Below, piece by piece: positions 41,523 through 52,296 of a stretch of DNA of 64,000 nucleotides. Within the stretch, counting starts at the first letter, position 1. Each line of letters starts with the position of its first letter. The stretch comes from a virus (lineage: Duplodnaviria; Caudoviricetes). The notes under the pieces are model-generated. The model was not told the DNA's origin. It searched no databases and worked only from the letters and a program-made list of their open reading frames with translations. The stretch is from IMG/VR virus record IMGVR_UViG_2799112742_000018, positions 1 to 64,000 of that record, one strand, 5' to 3'. The position numbers and the translations under genes are program-made.

Positions 41523-41963
41523 ATGGAACAAAGTCATTGCGAATTGCTAATCAATATCCTGATGGATAAGATAGCAGCCCTCGACTGTGAGAATAAGAAA
41601 CTCATAGAACAAAAACTGGAGTTAGAAGAAAGGATCGGCAAACCATTTGTCTTCAAAACACAAGAAGAAGAACTAACCGATCCCCAAGAAGTCCAGGAAC
41701 GCCTTATCAAGTATGAACGTAGGATCATGGAGCTTGTCAATATCGCCAACAAAGAGACCGCAAGGGCAAATAAGGCTGAAGCTGCTAACCAGTTTACAAT
41801 CGACAACAAACATACCTGTGACCACCAATACATTCAAGAGTATATCCTTGAACTGGAAAATCATGTGAAGGAACAACATACTATGCTTAACAGTAAGCAA
41901 AACCTTATCGACAAACTCGAAAGGAAAATCAACGACCTACAACAAAAACCAGAAGAAGAATGA
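41523..41963 (+). CDS. Coiled-coil hypothetical protein
   Basis: Heptad-rich ORF in a short rightward operon. Confidence 0.7.
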   Translation: MEQSHCELLINILMDKIAALDCENKKLIEQKLELEERIGKPFVFKTQEEELTDPQEVQERLIKYERRIMELVNIANKETARANKAEAANQFTIDNKHTCDHQYIQEYILELENHVKEQHTMLNSKQNLIDKLERKINDLQQKPEEE

Positions 41964-42140
41964 CAAAAGATGAATTTAACGCAATCTCATGGAACAGAAA
42001 GTCAGTAGTCTCAGATGACTACGGACATACTGGACATATACTTTCAGTGAACTTTGAGTATGGTATCATCCACTATGATGATGATATTAAGAAATGTTCA
42101 TTCGGCAGACATTACAGGGATTTAAGATACATGGGAGAAC

Positions 42141-42593
42141 ATGACAGATAGGGATAAGGCAATAAGGCTTGTGAACGCCTATTTCGATGGTGAGGAAATA
42201 CAGATGTTTGATCCCATACATGGAGTGGAGGAATGGGTATCAGCAGTAAACAACCCACACTACTGGAGCTATCTGGAGTCATTCTGTCAGAACGTCAACC
42301 GCTACAGGATCATCAGGGACTGCCCACCGCATAAGAAGAGATCACCGATTGTCAAACAATTAATAAAACTTACGACTATGAGCAAGAATCAGAAGAACAT
42401 GGTAAAGTTCCTAATAGCGGCAGCAGCTACAGGACTGTTACTCTATTGTGTTTCACGAGAGCCTATGAAAGTACAACACTTCATAGGAGCTGTGCTTTCA
42501 TTAATAACCTGGGGATGGTATGCCGTTCAGGTCTTCAAAGGCGATAAGGGAAACAATGAAATCTCAGAGAACAAAACGGAGGACAAGAAATGA
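42141..42593 (+). CDS. Hypothetical membrane protein
   Basis: Two C-terminal TM segments; overlaps neighbours 41960-42151 and 42590-42805. Confidence 0.65.
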   Translation: MTDRDKAIRLVNAYFDGEEIQMFDPIHGVEEWVSAVNNPHYWSYLESFCQNVNRYRIIRDCPPHKKRSPIVKQLIKLTTMSKNQKNMVKFLIAAAATGLLLYCVSREPMKVQHFIGAVLSLITWGWYAVQVFKGDKGNNEISENKTEDKK

Positions 42594-42898
42594 ATACATG
42601 TGAGAAATGCAAGCATTGTAGTAGTATCCCGACCTACGATGGCAAGGATTTTGTCTATGAATGTCAGAAAGCATGTACCAGGGAAGTACTGAAAGGCTTT
42701 CGGGTTCCGACACCATGCAGAGAGATCAGAAATGTAGTTGGGGATAATTGTCCTGAATATGACAAAAGCCTGTGGAAAACTTTCCTACATTGGCTATTTG
42801 ATTAGTGTTTTTTGACTTTGTATAGTTAATAAGAGTTAAATTAACACATAAAATCAAAGAAAGTTGCAAAATTATTTTGTCGTTGTAAAAATAATACT

Positions 42899-43036
42899 TA
42901 CCTTTGCAATGCTTGATGATTGAGCCGCAGCTTTCTGATAGTAACGACATAGAATAGTCCCCGTAAGGGAATTAGAATACAAGAAGACTAAACGGCACTG
43001 TCTGCGACTTTTAGGTGCCTGTTTAGTCTCTTTTTT
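42899..43036 (+). promoter_or_regulatory. Promoter plus structured leader ending in a terminator-like hairpin before the ATG
   Basis: TACCTTTG at 42899-42906; AGACTAAAC-GGCAC...GTGCC-T-GTTTAGTCT followed by U tract directly before ATG 43037. Confidence 0.6.
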
Positions 43037-44098
43037 ATGTCTATGATAAGACTTCGCATATCAAGATATTACCTCAATGGTATCTGTTATGGCATGGATA
43101 ATATTCTCAATGCCGTAACAGCTTCTTGTATTGCAAAAGCCGCACACTCATCATCAAGCATCCATTCCATCAGCATCAACAACCTTCAGGGCTTGCTTCA
43201 CACCAGCTTCAATACGGCTAAAAGCGTTTATGCCTCATTATTGAAACTGAGGTTTGCAAGACTGGAGGAAGTTGGTACTGATAAAAATATGATATTTTCC
43301 AGTCTTCAGAGAAAAGATAATAACGGATATGTCTATGTGTACGCACATGTAGATCATAATGGTGTGCATCTTTTCAACTATTCTGGAGAATACCCAGTTT
43401 TCGAGAATTGTCCGCAGACCTTCAAAGAAGCTAAGAATGTAATCCTTGAGCTTGCCATGTGCATGAAGACAGCCCTTTATAATCAGGCTGCTGATTCCGA
43501 AGAAGAGTGCAATGGTGAGGATCATGAAGAGGTGTCTCTGTCCGATATGGCACAGCGAGAGGGAATATATTGGAAGTTTTATGCTGGATGGTCTGAATTT
43601 TTCATAAATAAGGGATATAACCCAGATATTAAATGGAATATCTCAACCAAGACGAAAGATGATAAGGTTAAGAATGAGGAACAGAAGAACACCAGACCTA
43701 TAGCCCTGACGTTTATAGAAAAATCTTTCTTCAACAAAACTCAATCTCTCAGTACCATTAAGAGACTTATGAAGCAGGCTATTGATAATGGCTTGCTGAA
43801 GAAGTATGACAATGGCAGAATCCTTATCTACTACGAGGACACAGACACATTTACAAAACACCACGATCCTAAGACATCCTACCTCTTTGACAAGGAAGGA
43901 AAGCCAACGAAGCTTTTCTTCAGGATCAACAAGAGGGAAATGAAAATCAATGGTGATTTGAAAAAGGCACGTTCTACCCAGCCAAAAGTGACTGATGCGT
44001 GGAAGCAGCCTGGAATGAACTCGTATGCTGTCAAAGCGGTTGGAGTGCTGGACGGACTGGCCAAGCACTCTAAGTCTGCCACATTCTTCTTGTGTTGA
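43037..44098 (+). CDS. Hypothetical protein, possible winged-HTH replication initiator
   Basis: Two HTH-like segments (LQGLLHTSFNTAKSV; SLSTIKRLMKQAIDNGLLKK); followed by a very AT-rich intergenic stretch. Confidence 0.55.
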   Translation: MSMIRLRISRYYLNGICYGMDNILNAVTASCIAKAAHSSSSIHSISINNLQGLLHTSFNTAKSVYASLLKLRFARLEEVGTDKNMIFSSLQRKDNNGYVYVYAHVDHNGVHLFNYSGEYPVFENCPQTFKEAKNVILELAMCMKTALYNQAADSEEECNGEDHEEVSLSDMAQREGIYWKFYAGWSEFFINKGYNPDIKWNISTKTKDDKVKNEEQKNTRPIALTFIEKSFFNKTQSLSTIKRLMKQAIDNGLLKKYDNGRILIYYEDTDTFTKHHDPKTSYLFDKEGKPTKLFFRINKREMKINGDLKKARSTQPKVTDAWKQPGMNSYAVKAVGVLDGLAKHSKSATFFLC

Positions 44099-44278
44099 TT
44101 TGTACCATTTTTCTTGGTTCTTCCATTTTGAGCTATATGTAAATGATTATATCTTACGATATATTTACTGAGGATTAATGTTTATTTATAAAGTTCTTTA
44201 ATAATATTTTAAGAGTTATTTAAGGGTTTTTTAAGTTTTATTTTAATTCTCTTCAATTATAGCCAATAATAACATATA

Positions 44279-44692
44279 ATGGACAAATATTATATCTATA
44301 CTGACATCAGTAGCTGTAAATATGGAGGTTATATAGCCACATACGCAATAGCTTATAATGGCAATATGGTATATTCTGAAGGTGCATATCTTCCAAATTA
44401 CACAAGCCCTCGTAGCAGATTAGCAGTTATTGGTAGAGCAATGCAGCAAATTCCCAGTAATTCTGATGTTGTTCTTCAGACCACAGATGAATATGCAGTC
44501 TTTGCGTTTAACTTTAAGGGGTTCTTTAAGGAAAACATGAAGAATGCTGAAGAATTAAAGGTTATTTTGGAGAATAAGAGACGTATGAGGTCTTGTTATG
44601 TTCAAAAGTTAAAATTCCAGTATCTTCATGAATATTGTCAGAAGCAATGCAAAAAGATAAAGCATGATCTAAAGAAGAAAGGCTATTATTAA
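44279..44692 (+). CDS. Degenerate RNase H-like protein
   Basis: YIYTDISS..G..YAI, TSPRSRL.VI..A, LQTTDEY (catalytic Glu/Asp not fully conserved). Confidence 0.55.
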   Translation: MDKYYIYTDISSCKYGGYIATYAIAYNGNMVYSEGAYLPNYTSPRSRLAVIGRAMQQIPSNSDVVLQTTDEYAVFAFNFKGFFKENMKNAEELKVILENKRRMRSCYVQKLKFQYLHEYCQKQCKKIKHDLKKKGYY

Positions 44693-44700
44693 TAAAAACT

Positions 44701-45246
44701 ATGGCAACAATAGATGAAATGACCACAACCATGAACAGGCTCATAGATTCTGAAGGATCTGTAAGTATTCCAGGTCTTGATTTCTCTTCAGTGGTTGACA
44801 ATCTGGTTGAGAAGAAATATGCTGATTCACTTTCAGCATGTGAAACGTCAACCGAGCGCATGGAGATGAAAGACAGGCTTTCCAAGTATTATACTGAAGG
44901 TGAAGGAAAACTGACAGTACAGACAGAGATAGCTTCTATCAAGTCTAATTTTTTAGCAGCTAAGGATCAGCTTTCCTTTGTAAGTGAGGCTGTGGTGGCT
45001 AATACGGCAAGCAATCTTCTACCCCCAATGATAGGTACGGCCTCACCTAACCCAGCTTATATTTTTGCTGAGAATAAAGTCAAGCTTAATCAGATGAAGG
45101 CGATGCTGAAGAATATCAGTGCTTGTATTGTTAATCTCCTGAAGTCTGCAATCAATCTGATGTTCCAGCTTCCAAGCTCTGTGATGGCTGTGATTGATAC
45201 TTTTGCAACGGTCAAATCAGCAGTAGAATCAATTCCAGTAGCATAG
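44701..45246 (+). CDS. Hypothetical late protein
   Basis: CTATTAT motif at 44683-44689 upstream. Confidence 0.7.
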   Translation: MATIDEMTTTMNRLIDSEGSVSIPGLDFSSVVDNLVEKKYADSLSACETSTERMEMKDRLSKYYTEGEGKLTVQTEIASIKSNFLAAKDQLSFVSEAVVANTASNLLPPMIGTASPNPAYIFAENKVKLNQMKAMLKNISACIVNLLKSAINLMFQLPSSVMAVIDTFATVKSAVESIPVA

Positions 45247-45277
45247 GTGTCTATTATTAAGAAAACATCATTGTGCA

Positions 45278-45667
45278 ATGGATTACACAACTATTATATC
45301 ATTCATCACTTCTGCCGCATTGATCGGCAGTCTGATATTAAATTGGGTTCAGTTTCGTGCCAGTAAAAGGGGCACACAGTTAGACAATTATGCCAAGCAG
45401 CTTGATCTGATAGTCAACCTTCAGAAGACCAAGGATCAGAAGTATCAGGAAGCCTTGAAAAATAAGGATCTTGAAATAGAGTCGTTGCGAAAGGATATGG
45501 TTAATATGCAGGAAAAGTTGGATCGTTATTCGGAACGATTAAACGTTCTGCAAAATGCAGTCAACAGACTCATAGGTGATGGATGTAAGGATTCTCAATG
45601 TCCAGCTAAGAAGCCATATACTATTGAGGATCTAACAGGAATATTGAATATAGAGCAAGGGAAATAA
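45278..45667 (+). CDS. Holin/spanin-like membrane-anchored coiled-coil protein
   Basis: N-terminal TM, coiled coil, C-terminal CxxxxC; CTATTAT motif at 45251-45257. Confidence 0.55.
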   Translation: MDYTTIISFITSAALIGSLILNWVQFRASKRGTQLDNYAKQLDLIVNLQKTKDQKYQEALKNKDLEIESLRKDMVNMQEKLDRYSERLNVLQNAVNRLIGDGCKDSQCPAKKPYTIEDLTGILNIEQGK

Positions 45668-45916
45668 GTGTAAGGTTTTTATAAGGTAGAAAAGAAATTA
45701 GGTTTTTTATTGACCAGCCGCCCATACGTGATGTACAGGCGGCTGTTTTATTGTTCCTTTTTCTTGAACCAGATACATGCTAAGTCATTCTCCTGAGCAT
45801 ACCCCTTAAAGGCTGCTGCATAGGGGCATTCATGGAAGACTTTCTTGCGTACCTTCTTGACTACATTACCCAGCCTGTCACATCTGCCACATCTTCTGAT
45901 GATTTGTTTTTCCATA

Positions 45917-46468
45917 TTACACATATTCTTCTGCTTCCACCCCAGTCTTCTCAGTATATTTTATATCAAGAAGCTCAAGGGCTATTTCTTTAGGGTTGTT
46001 AATGTTCTGATCTTCCATTTCATTTCTGAAAGCTCGTGCTGCACCAGGGAGTCTGTCTTTCAGGATGTCGTTGAGTTTCTGAATGGTGTTGAAGTTAATC
46101 TTCTTCAACTTCCTTCTTCCCTCGTGATCCTGAGTTATAATACCCATGCTTTCAAGTGAATTGAGTACCGTTGTAATTGTGGTCTCAGATACCCCAAGTT
46201 CCTTTGCCAGTGTCTTTCTTCTTATCTGACAAGTAGAGTGGTTCTTTAACTGACTGAGGATTCTTGCGAATACCCTGATTTCTGAAGCAGAGAGATAATC
46301 TATCAGGACTAAGGGGATGGGTACTAAGTCACCTATAAACTGCTGCTTCTGATATATTGCTACATCAACGCAGTATTTTCTCTTAACCTGGATCTCTGAT
46401 AACGTAAGCTGCTGGTCGGTGCCGATTATATCCACCTCTCCCAGATTGATTTTATGTCTTTTTTCCAT
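45917..46468 (-). CDS. Winged-HTH DNA-binding protein
   Basis: RKTLAKELGVSETTITTVLNSLESMGII. Confidence 0.8.
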   Translation of the reverse strand: MEKRHKINLGEVDIIGTDQQLTLSEIQVKRKYCVDVAIYQKQQFIGDLVPIPLVLIDYLSASEIRVFARILSQLKNHSTCQIRRKTLAKELGVSETTITTVLNSLESMGIITQDHEGRRKLKKINFNTIQKLNDILKDRLPGAARAFRNEMEDQNINNPKEIALELLDIKYTEKTGVEAEEYV

Positions 46469-46565
46469 AACTTGTTTTACCTATTTTACCAATAATAGAA
46501 AGTTTATTTGACTTTTTAGTGGGAAATAGGTAAAATTTTTGTATTTTTGTCGAAAATTTCACATT

Positions 46566-47456
46566 ATGAAGACAAAAGAACAAATAATAAGGCAGATAAA
46601 GCTATATAAGTTTACGGATGAGGAATGGCAGAAAGTCTATGCTTTTTGTAGGGATAACTATGGTACAGGCTTCAACAAACCTTTCAGGGGTAAATATGAA
46701 TGTGACTATCTCAAATTCATGGACTGGATGGATAATGGCTTTGGTTCTGGGGATCTCGTAAGGTGTGGCGATGATAGTGCCGCCATCATATCCTATGTCA
46801 TTGATGATAACGTGTACTATTGTGCGTATTTCGATATGGACGATAATCTTATAATCATGGAGGATAAACTATATAAGGCAAGGAATTTCAGTAGAGAATT
46901 GTTACCTGAGAATGAAGCCCATAAATTCTACGACATCATCAACCAGGCTGGGTATCGCATCTCGGTTATCAATGGGGTGATTTGCAAGAAATCACCTCTT
47001 AGGATAGGCGAGGCAAGGTTCTTCAGCTATCAGGGAAAATCCTTGTATGGAGTAGTTAAGGGTTATGATGATAATGGTGCTGTGTTTGGTTTCGGATATT
47101 CTGATGATACATTCATAAATAAGGAAATCAAGGTGCCAATGGAAGATGTGCATGATATTGTGAGTAGTACTGCGGAAGATAAGATGGATGAAGAGATAGC
47201 TGCCAAGTATCATGTAAGATGGCATCAGGCATTGAAGCGGCTATGCTATCTTTCTGCAAGAGCGCCTAAAGGTGGAAGGTACTATTATCTTACCGACAAA
47301 TTTACTTTTGCCGTTACAAAGGAGAATTACAGCAAAGTGTCGGATATGAGATATGAAATGGGGAACTATTTCAATTCATGGGAGGATATTACGGCATTTT
47401 TCATGAAGCTGAAGGCACTGAGAAGCGACATGATAGACAAGGGGGAAATAAAATAG
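46566..47456 (+). CDS. Hypothetical protein
   Basis: Likely start MKTKEQ at 46566 downstream of TATTTTTG promoter box (46542-46549). Confidence 0.7.
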   Translation: MKTKEQIIRQIKLYKFTDEEWQKVYAFCRDNYGTGFNKPFRGKYECDYLKFMDWMDNGFGSGDLVRCGDDSAAIISYVIDDNVYYCAYFDMDDNLIIMEDKLYKARNFSRELLPENEAHKFYDIINQAGYRISVINGVICKKSPLRIGEARFFSYQGKSLYGVVKGYDDNGAVFGFGYSDDTFINKEIKVPMEDVHDIVSSTAEDKMDEEIAAKYHVRWHQALKRLCYLSARAPKGGRYYYLTDKFTFAVTKENYSKVSDMRYEMGNYFNSWEDITAFFMKLKALRSDMIDKGEIK

Positions 47457-47518
47457 GTAGGACTATCATCACTGACGATCCTACCCTACACAGTTAATTA
47501 ATGAAATTAAAACTAAAT

Positions 47519-48325
47519 CTATTGTTTCCTAACGAAGCATTTACTCAGTGTGTTGTACCAGTTGTCGTATGCTTCCATATCAGACAACTTTTCAGCCTCT
47601 GACTTTACGTTGTGGCTGTTGTTCCATTCCTTTACTTTATAATAGTCGAAAGCAAAGTATGTATTGAGCTTATTGGAATCATAAAGTTCGGTGGCAAAGC
47701 ACCCCTTAATCTCATCCAGTGGCAGCTCAAAGTATTCATATTCATGTTCCCACCATTCCTGGATCATATCATCATTGACAACGGCAGAGTAGGGGAGCTT
47801 CTTTATCCACATAGCCCAGCAGAACATGGCTATTTCCATATCCGTAAGCTTATCCCATTGTTCATCTGTACCTTTGGCATAAGTCATGACTTTCCAGAAA
47901 TAGAAGCGGTTTATCTTATATGAGTCGCTTTGTTCCTGATGGGTTTGTGCTACTTTCTTCCTGACATCAAAGACACCTTCAGCACATATTACAGAATAAT
48001 CATCCTCAGTTGGAAAACTGAACATCTGCCTTGCCTTTTCGATACTGAGGTCTTTGATTTTGCGGACTCTGTAGCCATTATCTTCAATCTTTATTGTCGT
48101 TCCCATATAGGCTGCGTTCATAAAGTCATCGTAACAGCTATCTATGTAGCGGTCTAAGATCTCCGTAGGCACCTTAGCACCCCATAGATCTTCATCCTCA
48201 TCCAGCAGTTCCTTGATACTGGAGAGAACGTATGCTATAAGGAGAGCGTGGGGATCACCAGCGTATTTTCTGGTGTTCTTCAGCATATCCTTTACTACGT
48301 CTGATGGATAATTGGGATATGTCAT
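47519..48325 (-). CDS. Hypothetical protein
   Basis: Operonic ORF. Confidence 0.7.
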   Translation of the reverse strand: MTYPNYPSDVVKDMLKNTRKYAGDPHALLIAYVLSSIKELLDEDEDLWGAKVPTEILDRYIDSCYDDFMNAAYMGTTIKIEDNGYRVRKIKDLSIEKARQMFSFPTEDDYSVICAEGVFDVRKKVAQTHQEQSDSYKINRFYFWKVMTYAKGTDEQWDKLTDMEIAMFCWAMWIKKLPYSAVVNDDMIQEWWEHEYEYFELPLDEIKGCFATELYDSNKLNTYFAFDYYKVKEWNNSHNVKSEAEKLSDMEAYDNWYNTLSKCFVRKQ

Positions 48326-48645
48326 TTTTTAATGGGGTTAAGTTGAACGTATTTGGGTTTGTTGTCATTCCCATCTCCAAGTATTGCCTGATTAAGCATT
48401 GAGAAGAATTTCTGCATATCATCCTTGTTTACTATCATCAGACCTATGACAGATGAGAACAGAATTGTTTTTGTTAGCTCATTTTGTTCCTCATTGTTGG
48501 CAGTGGCTGATGATATAATGGCTTCTATGACATCTCTGTCACCGCCATATTTTATCATGCTTACCTCATCGTTATCATCCAACATGAAACTGACACCAGC
48601 CAAATATTGTCCCATTGCCTCTTTTAATTTTTGATCCTTGCTCAT
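48322..48645 (-). CDS. Hypothetical protein
   Basis: 4-bp overlaps with neighbours. Confidence 0.65.
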   Translation of the reverse strand: MSKDQKLKEAMGQYLAGVSFMLDDNDEVSMIKYGGDRDVIEAIISSATANNEEQNELTKTILFSSVIGLMIVNKDDMQKFFSMLNQAILGDGNDNKPKYVQLNPIKK

Positions 48646-48956
48646 GACTTTAAGATTTTGTTAAGTTTCTTTATTTCTGTTATTAATGTTTCTTTCTTAC
48701 CGCCCACGCAGTTTTCCAGAAGCTTCTGCATGGTTTTGATTTCACCTATTGCCCATTCGATAACTTCTTGCTTAGTATCAAATGGAACAGCTTGAGCTTC
48801 CAGGGCTTCTATTGGAATCCACTTGTTATTGATTATATATCCCTGGTCGCTGTATAGGGTGTTCTTGATTTTTACACCAAGAGTCTCTTCTGCTTCAGAT
48901 TTCGTGGCTGGAATAGCCTCTACTATCTTGTTTACTTTGAACTTTTTATAGCGCAT
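48642..48956 (-). CDS. Hypothetical protein
   Basis: Coupled ORF. Confidence 0.65.
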   Translation of the reverse strand: MRYKKFKVNKIVEAIPATKSEAEETLGVKIKNTLYSDQGYIINNKWIPIEALEAQAVPFDTKQEVIEWAIGEIKTMQKLLENCVGGKKETLITEIKKLNKILKS

Positions 48957-49527
48957 CTTCTATGTTGAAATAGGGATAGTTTGTTATGTCTCGTATATCA
49001 ATAAATTCTTTGCAATTTTCAGAACCAGCCACATGGTCTTTAGGAAGAATATTGTAGGGGCCAATACCATATTCCTGCTTGTAATCATATCTGAAGCAGT
49101 GGTATCTGTCATAGCACATCTTTCCCTTACAATGTAGGACACCCCTTTTAAGTCTGCATAGATATTTGATGTCTATCCACCAGCCTGTATTGGGAAGAAT
49201 ATCCCGAAAGCGTTCTGGGATAGTTCCTATTGTCCATATATCATTGGAGAAACGATATGTGCCATCAGGGTGGATTATAAGTCTTTCCTTACCTTCACCG
49301 CCCAAGTGCATGCCATATTCTTTCCGAATATGTGGTAGGCATTTGTAGGCAACACCATCTATGATTTCCAGATCCTCTGGTCTGTTTCCTGATAGTTGTG
49401 CCCATTTTGCACATTCCAGACAAAGGGAATGATCCTTTGCATAGGAACCGAGTTTGGTTTTCTGCAATCCCATTGCCAGGAATTTCCTACCACATATCTG
49501 ACATTTTATGCCGTTTCTGAATAACAT
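48946..49527 (-). CDS. Cys-rich hypothetical protein
   Basis: CQICG..CLEC, CYDRYHCFRY. Confidence 0.7.
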   Translation of the reverse strand: MLFRNGIKCQICGRKFLAMGLQKTKLGSYAKDHSLCLECAKWAQLSGNRPEDLEIIDGVAYKCLPHIRKEYGMHLGGEGKERLIIHPDGTYRFSNDIWTIGTIPERFRDILPNTGWWIDIKYLCRLKRGVLHCKGKMCYDRYHCFRYDYKQEYGIGPYNILPKDHVAGSENCKEFIDIRDITNYPYFNIEDAL

Positions 49528-49530
49528 ACG

Positions 49531-50112
49531 CTAACCTATGCAGTTGAATATATTGCCAATCTCATCATCACGCAATCCGAGATACACCATAGTTATTTCA
49601 GTATTGCTGTGTCTGAATATACGACAGAGAAGGATAAGAGCCTCATCAGTTCTCCCCATTTTGTCATAGATATATCTTCCGAGGGTTTTTCTGAATGTAT
49701 GGGAACTGAAGTTCTGTATCTTCAGGTCATATTTTTCCTTACATTGCTTCAACCATCTGTTGATATACTGGCGAGATATGGGCTTCCCATATTTATTAAG
49801 TGCAATTTCCTTATTGTAGTTTGGACTGCCAGCTTCATGATATAGGCGGCGTAACCTCTCTTCGGTATTCGGGCCTATGGTGATACGTTTTGTCTTCTTT
49901 GTCTTATGCTCTGTGATTACCAGATTGCGCTGCCCAAGTAGCTGACACCACCTAATAGTAAGCACATCGTGTATGCGAAGACCGAATGAGAATGAAGCTA
50001 TACAATAGGCTGCGCCTCGATAGTCACCATCTCTTTCCAAAGAATCTACCAGTCTGAGATATTCCTCGTATGGCAGATAGTCGCTTGTTGTTACTGATCC
50101 TTTCTTGCTCAT
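49531..50112 (-). CDS. Second, minimal tyrosine recombinase (catalytic domain only)
   Basis: GLRIHD, EHKTKK, HTFRKTLG, FRHSN...TMVYLG. Confidence 0.9.
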   Translation of the reverse strand: MSKKGSVTTSDYLPYEEYLRLVDSLERDGDYRGAAYCIASFSFGLRIHDVLTIRWCQLLGQRNLVITEHKTKKTKRITIGPNTEERLRRLYHEAGSPNYNKEIALNKYGKPISRQYINRWLKQCKEKYDLKIQNFSSHTFRKTLGRYIYDKMGRTDEALILLCRIFRHSNTEITMVYLGLRDDEIGNIFNCIG

Positions 50113-50328
50113 ACTCCTTTAGTTTTAATTTCGGTTGCAAAGATAATATGTTTTTTCTTAACCTCCAAATAATTTGTTGAATAAATAGGTTAAGAAAAGT
50201 TAATCAATACATAAAAGCTTCTTTCTGAATAAATTAAAGTATGTGCGTACATTATACATAATAAGAAAAAGCGCAGCTTATTCACATAAACTACGCTTCA
50301 CAATGAAGAAAAATGTACTTGCTGTATA

Positions 50329-50772
50329 TTACTTTGTGCCAGAATGTCCGAAGCCACCCCCACCACGCTCTGTATCATCCAGAGACTCGACCAAGCTCCA
50401 TTGAATTTGCTCGTGACGTGCAATAATCATCTGAGCTATGCGTTCTCCAGGTTTGATTTCAAATGCCTGGTCTGAGAGGTTGATGAGTAGTACCATTACT
50501 TCCCCACGATAGTCAGCATCCACCGTACCTGGAGAGTTGAGTACGGTGATACCATGCTTCAGAGCAAGACCACTACGAGGACGTATTTGTGCCTCGAAAC
50601 CTACTGGGAGAGCTATATGGAGGCCTGTTGGTACAAGCTTGCGTTCCATAGGGAACAAAATGATAGGACTTTCAATGTTAGCGCGGAGATCCATACCAGC
50701 GCTCTGAGGTGTTGCGTACATTGGCAATTCCTGATTGCCATTGTTTACTACTTTTACTAATGTTGTACTCAT
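50329..50772 (-). CDS. dut: dUTPase
   Basis: [36 protein letters not shown]. Confidence 0.97.
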   Translation of the reverse strand: MSTTLVKVVNNGNQELPMYATPQSAGMDLRANIESPIILFPMERKLVPTGLHIALPVGFEAQIRPRSGLALKHGITVLNSPGTVDADYRGEVMVLLINLSDQAFEIKPGERIAQMIIARHEQIQWSLVESLDDTERGGGGFGHSGTK

Positions 50773-51101
50773 CTTTTGTATTTACTTTCTAAAATTATTT
50801 CATTCTTTTTCATATTTCTTGTGGCATAGATACGTCTGTCAATCCCCTGTTCTCTGTCAAAGTCAAGCAAGGTCAGAGTTCCCAGGTCATCACAATCCAT
50901 GATGTATTCCTTGGTATCCACTTCACGCCAATACATACCCTTTGCCGCTATAATCTTGCCGCTACACGCCTTAGCAATCATCTGATGAGAAACACCAGTT
51001 GTCTTTGCTGCCGTATAGTAGGAGCTGAACATTCCCACCAATTTAAGATTTGAGTCAAAGACTATAACGCTTTTGATATGGTCATTCTTCTTTTTGCTCA
51101 T
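50769..51101 (-). CDS. NUMOD1-like DNA-binding protein
   Basis: [25 protein letters not shown]...KGMYWR. Confidence 0.65.
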   Translation of the reverse strand: MSKKKNDHIKSVIVFDSNLKLVGMFSSYYTAAKTTGVSHQMIAKACSGKIIAAKGMYWREVDTKEYIMDCDDLGTLTLLDFDREQGIDRRIYATRNMKKNEIILESKYKR

Positions 51102-51546
51102 GACGAGATTTGATTATTTCCTGAAGAGCCTCATCTGGTAGTTGAAGCGATGCCATTTGCATAACAAAGCCTTCACTAAACGCTATACCATTGGTAAGGC
51201 AAGTGATTACCATGTTGTTGAAATAGAAGCATGTTTCAGGGTTTACATACTGAATGAATATCAATGCCAACGAAACATCTATCAGTAGATGCTTGTCTGT
51301 ATTTACATAGAATAGTTCAGAGCTTTTCTTTTCTGTATTCTTGCAAATAGCATCAATATATCTATAACACTGAGTGTAGAACGCTGAGTATGGTGGTAGT
51401 TCTGCATCGACAGCTTCACAATATACCGTAGCATCGAAGACTATCTTTTCAGGATTGATATTCCCGACAAAAATATCTGGGATGTCAGGAAATATATTCT
51501 CCTGACATTCCACTATTTTTGTAAGTTGATTAAGCTTAGGCTTCAT
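51082..51546 (-). CDS. Hypothetical (KilA-N-like) protein
   Basis: VFDATVY ... HLLIDVSLALIFIQYVNP. Confidence 0.55.
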   Translation of the reverse strand: MKPKLNQLTKIVECQENIFPDIPDIFVGNINPEKIVFDATVYCEAVDAELPPYSAFYTQCYRYIDAICKNTEKKSSELFYVNTDKHLLIDVSLALIFIQYVNPETCFYFNNMVITCLTNGIAFSEGFVMQMASLQLPDEALQEIIKSRHEQKEE

Positions 51547-52072
51547 ATCGTTCTACTATTGATGTATAAGACTCAGGGAACAGATAGATATTTTCTGCTG
51601 GATCAAGCTTAGAATCTACAATGACAAAATCAGTCATAGAACGTCTAAGATAGTTTCTTAGGGTAACAATGGCTGAATTGATAGACTCTTCAGCAACAAC
51701 AAATGCCTGAGAGGTGTACTTTTCCTTGCCAGTCTTCTCATCAATGTGTACGAACTTAACTTTGATAACAAAGAAACCATCGTTGTCCTTACTGAAATAG
51801 CACTCTACTCTTCCTTCCAGATCGTTCCCATACGTATCTTCGCATGTAACCTTGTTATCTATGAAATCCTTGACCTTGTACTTTGTCTTGATGATTTCAT
51901 ACTCAGGTAATCCAAACTGGCCCCATCCATTCTGTTCTACGATAGCATAGACAAGTTTTTCTGCATCTGTGTAGGTTTCACACTCAGCAAAGGCCTCAGT
52001 CTTGGCCTTCTTTACCTCGCCATTATCATTCTGATATTTGTAGGCGAACTTCAATCTAAAAATTGTACTCAT
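51536..52072 (-). CDS. DUF4494-like protein
   Basis: ENGEVKK..E...E.ETYTDAE; KVKFVHIDEKTGKEK. Confidence 0.7.
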   Translation of the reverse strand: MSTIFRLKFAYKYQNDNGEVKKAKTEAFAECETYTDAEKLVYAIVEQNGWGQFGLPEYEIIKTKYKVKDFIDNKVTCEDTYGNDLEGRVECYFSKDNDGFFVIKVKFVHIDEKTGKEKYTSQAFVVAEESINSAIVTLRNYLRRSMTDFVIVDSKLDPAENIYLFPESYTSIVERYEA

Positions 52073-52296
52073 ATTAAATAATTTGTTTTGCTGTTTTAAG
52101 GATAATAGGGTTTATGCACATCATCTTGACTGTTAAAGAAAAGTTAAAATCTATAATTGTCTTATATACAGGTGTTTATATTTGAAGAAAAATTTCATGT
52201 AATAGGTGAAATATCTTTTAAGATTGGAATTATATAAGTTGGTGCTGGATGGATGTAAAAAGAAATAAGACCTATTATTAAGAAAATTACATAGTA

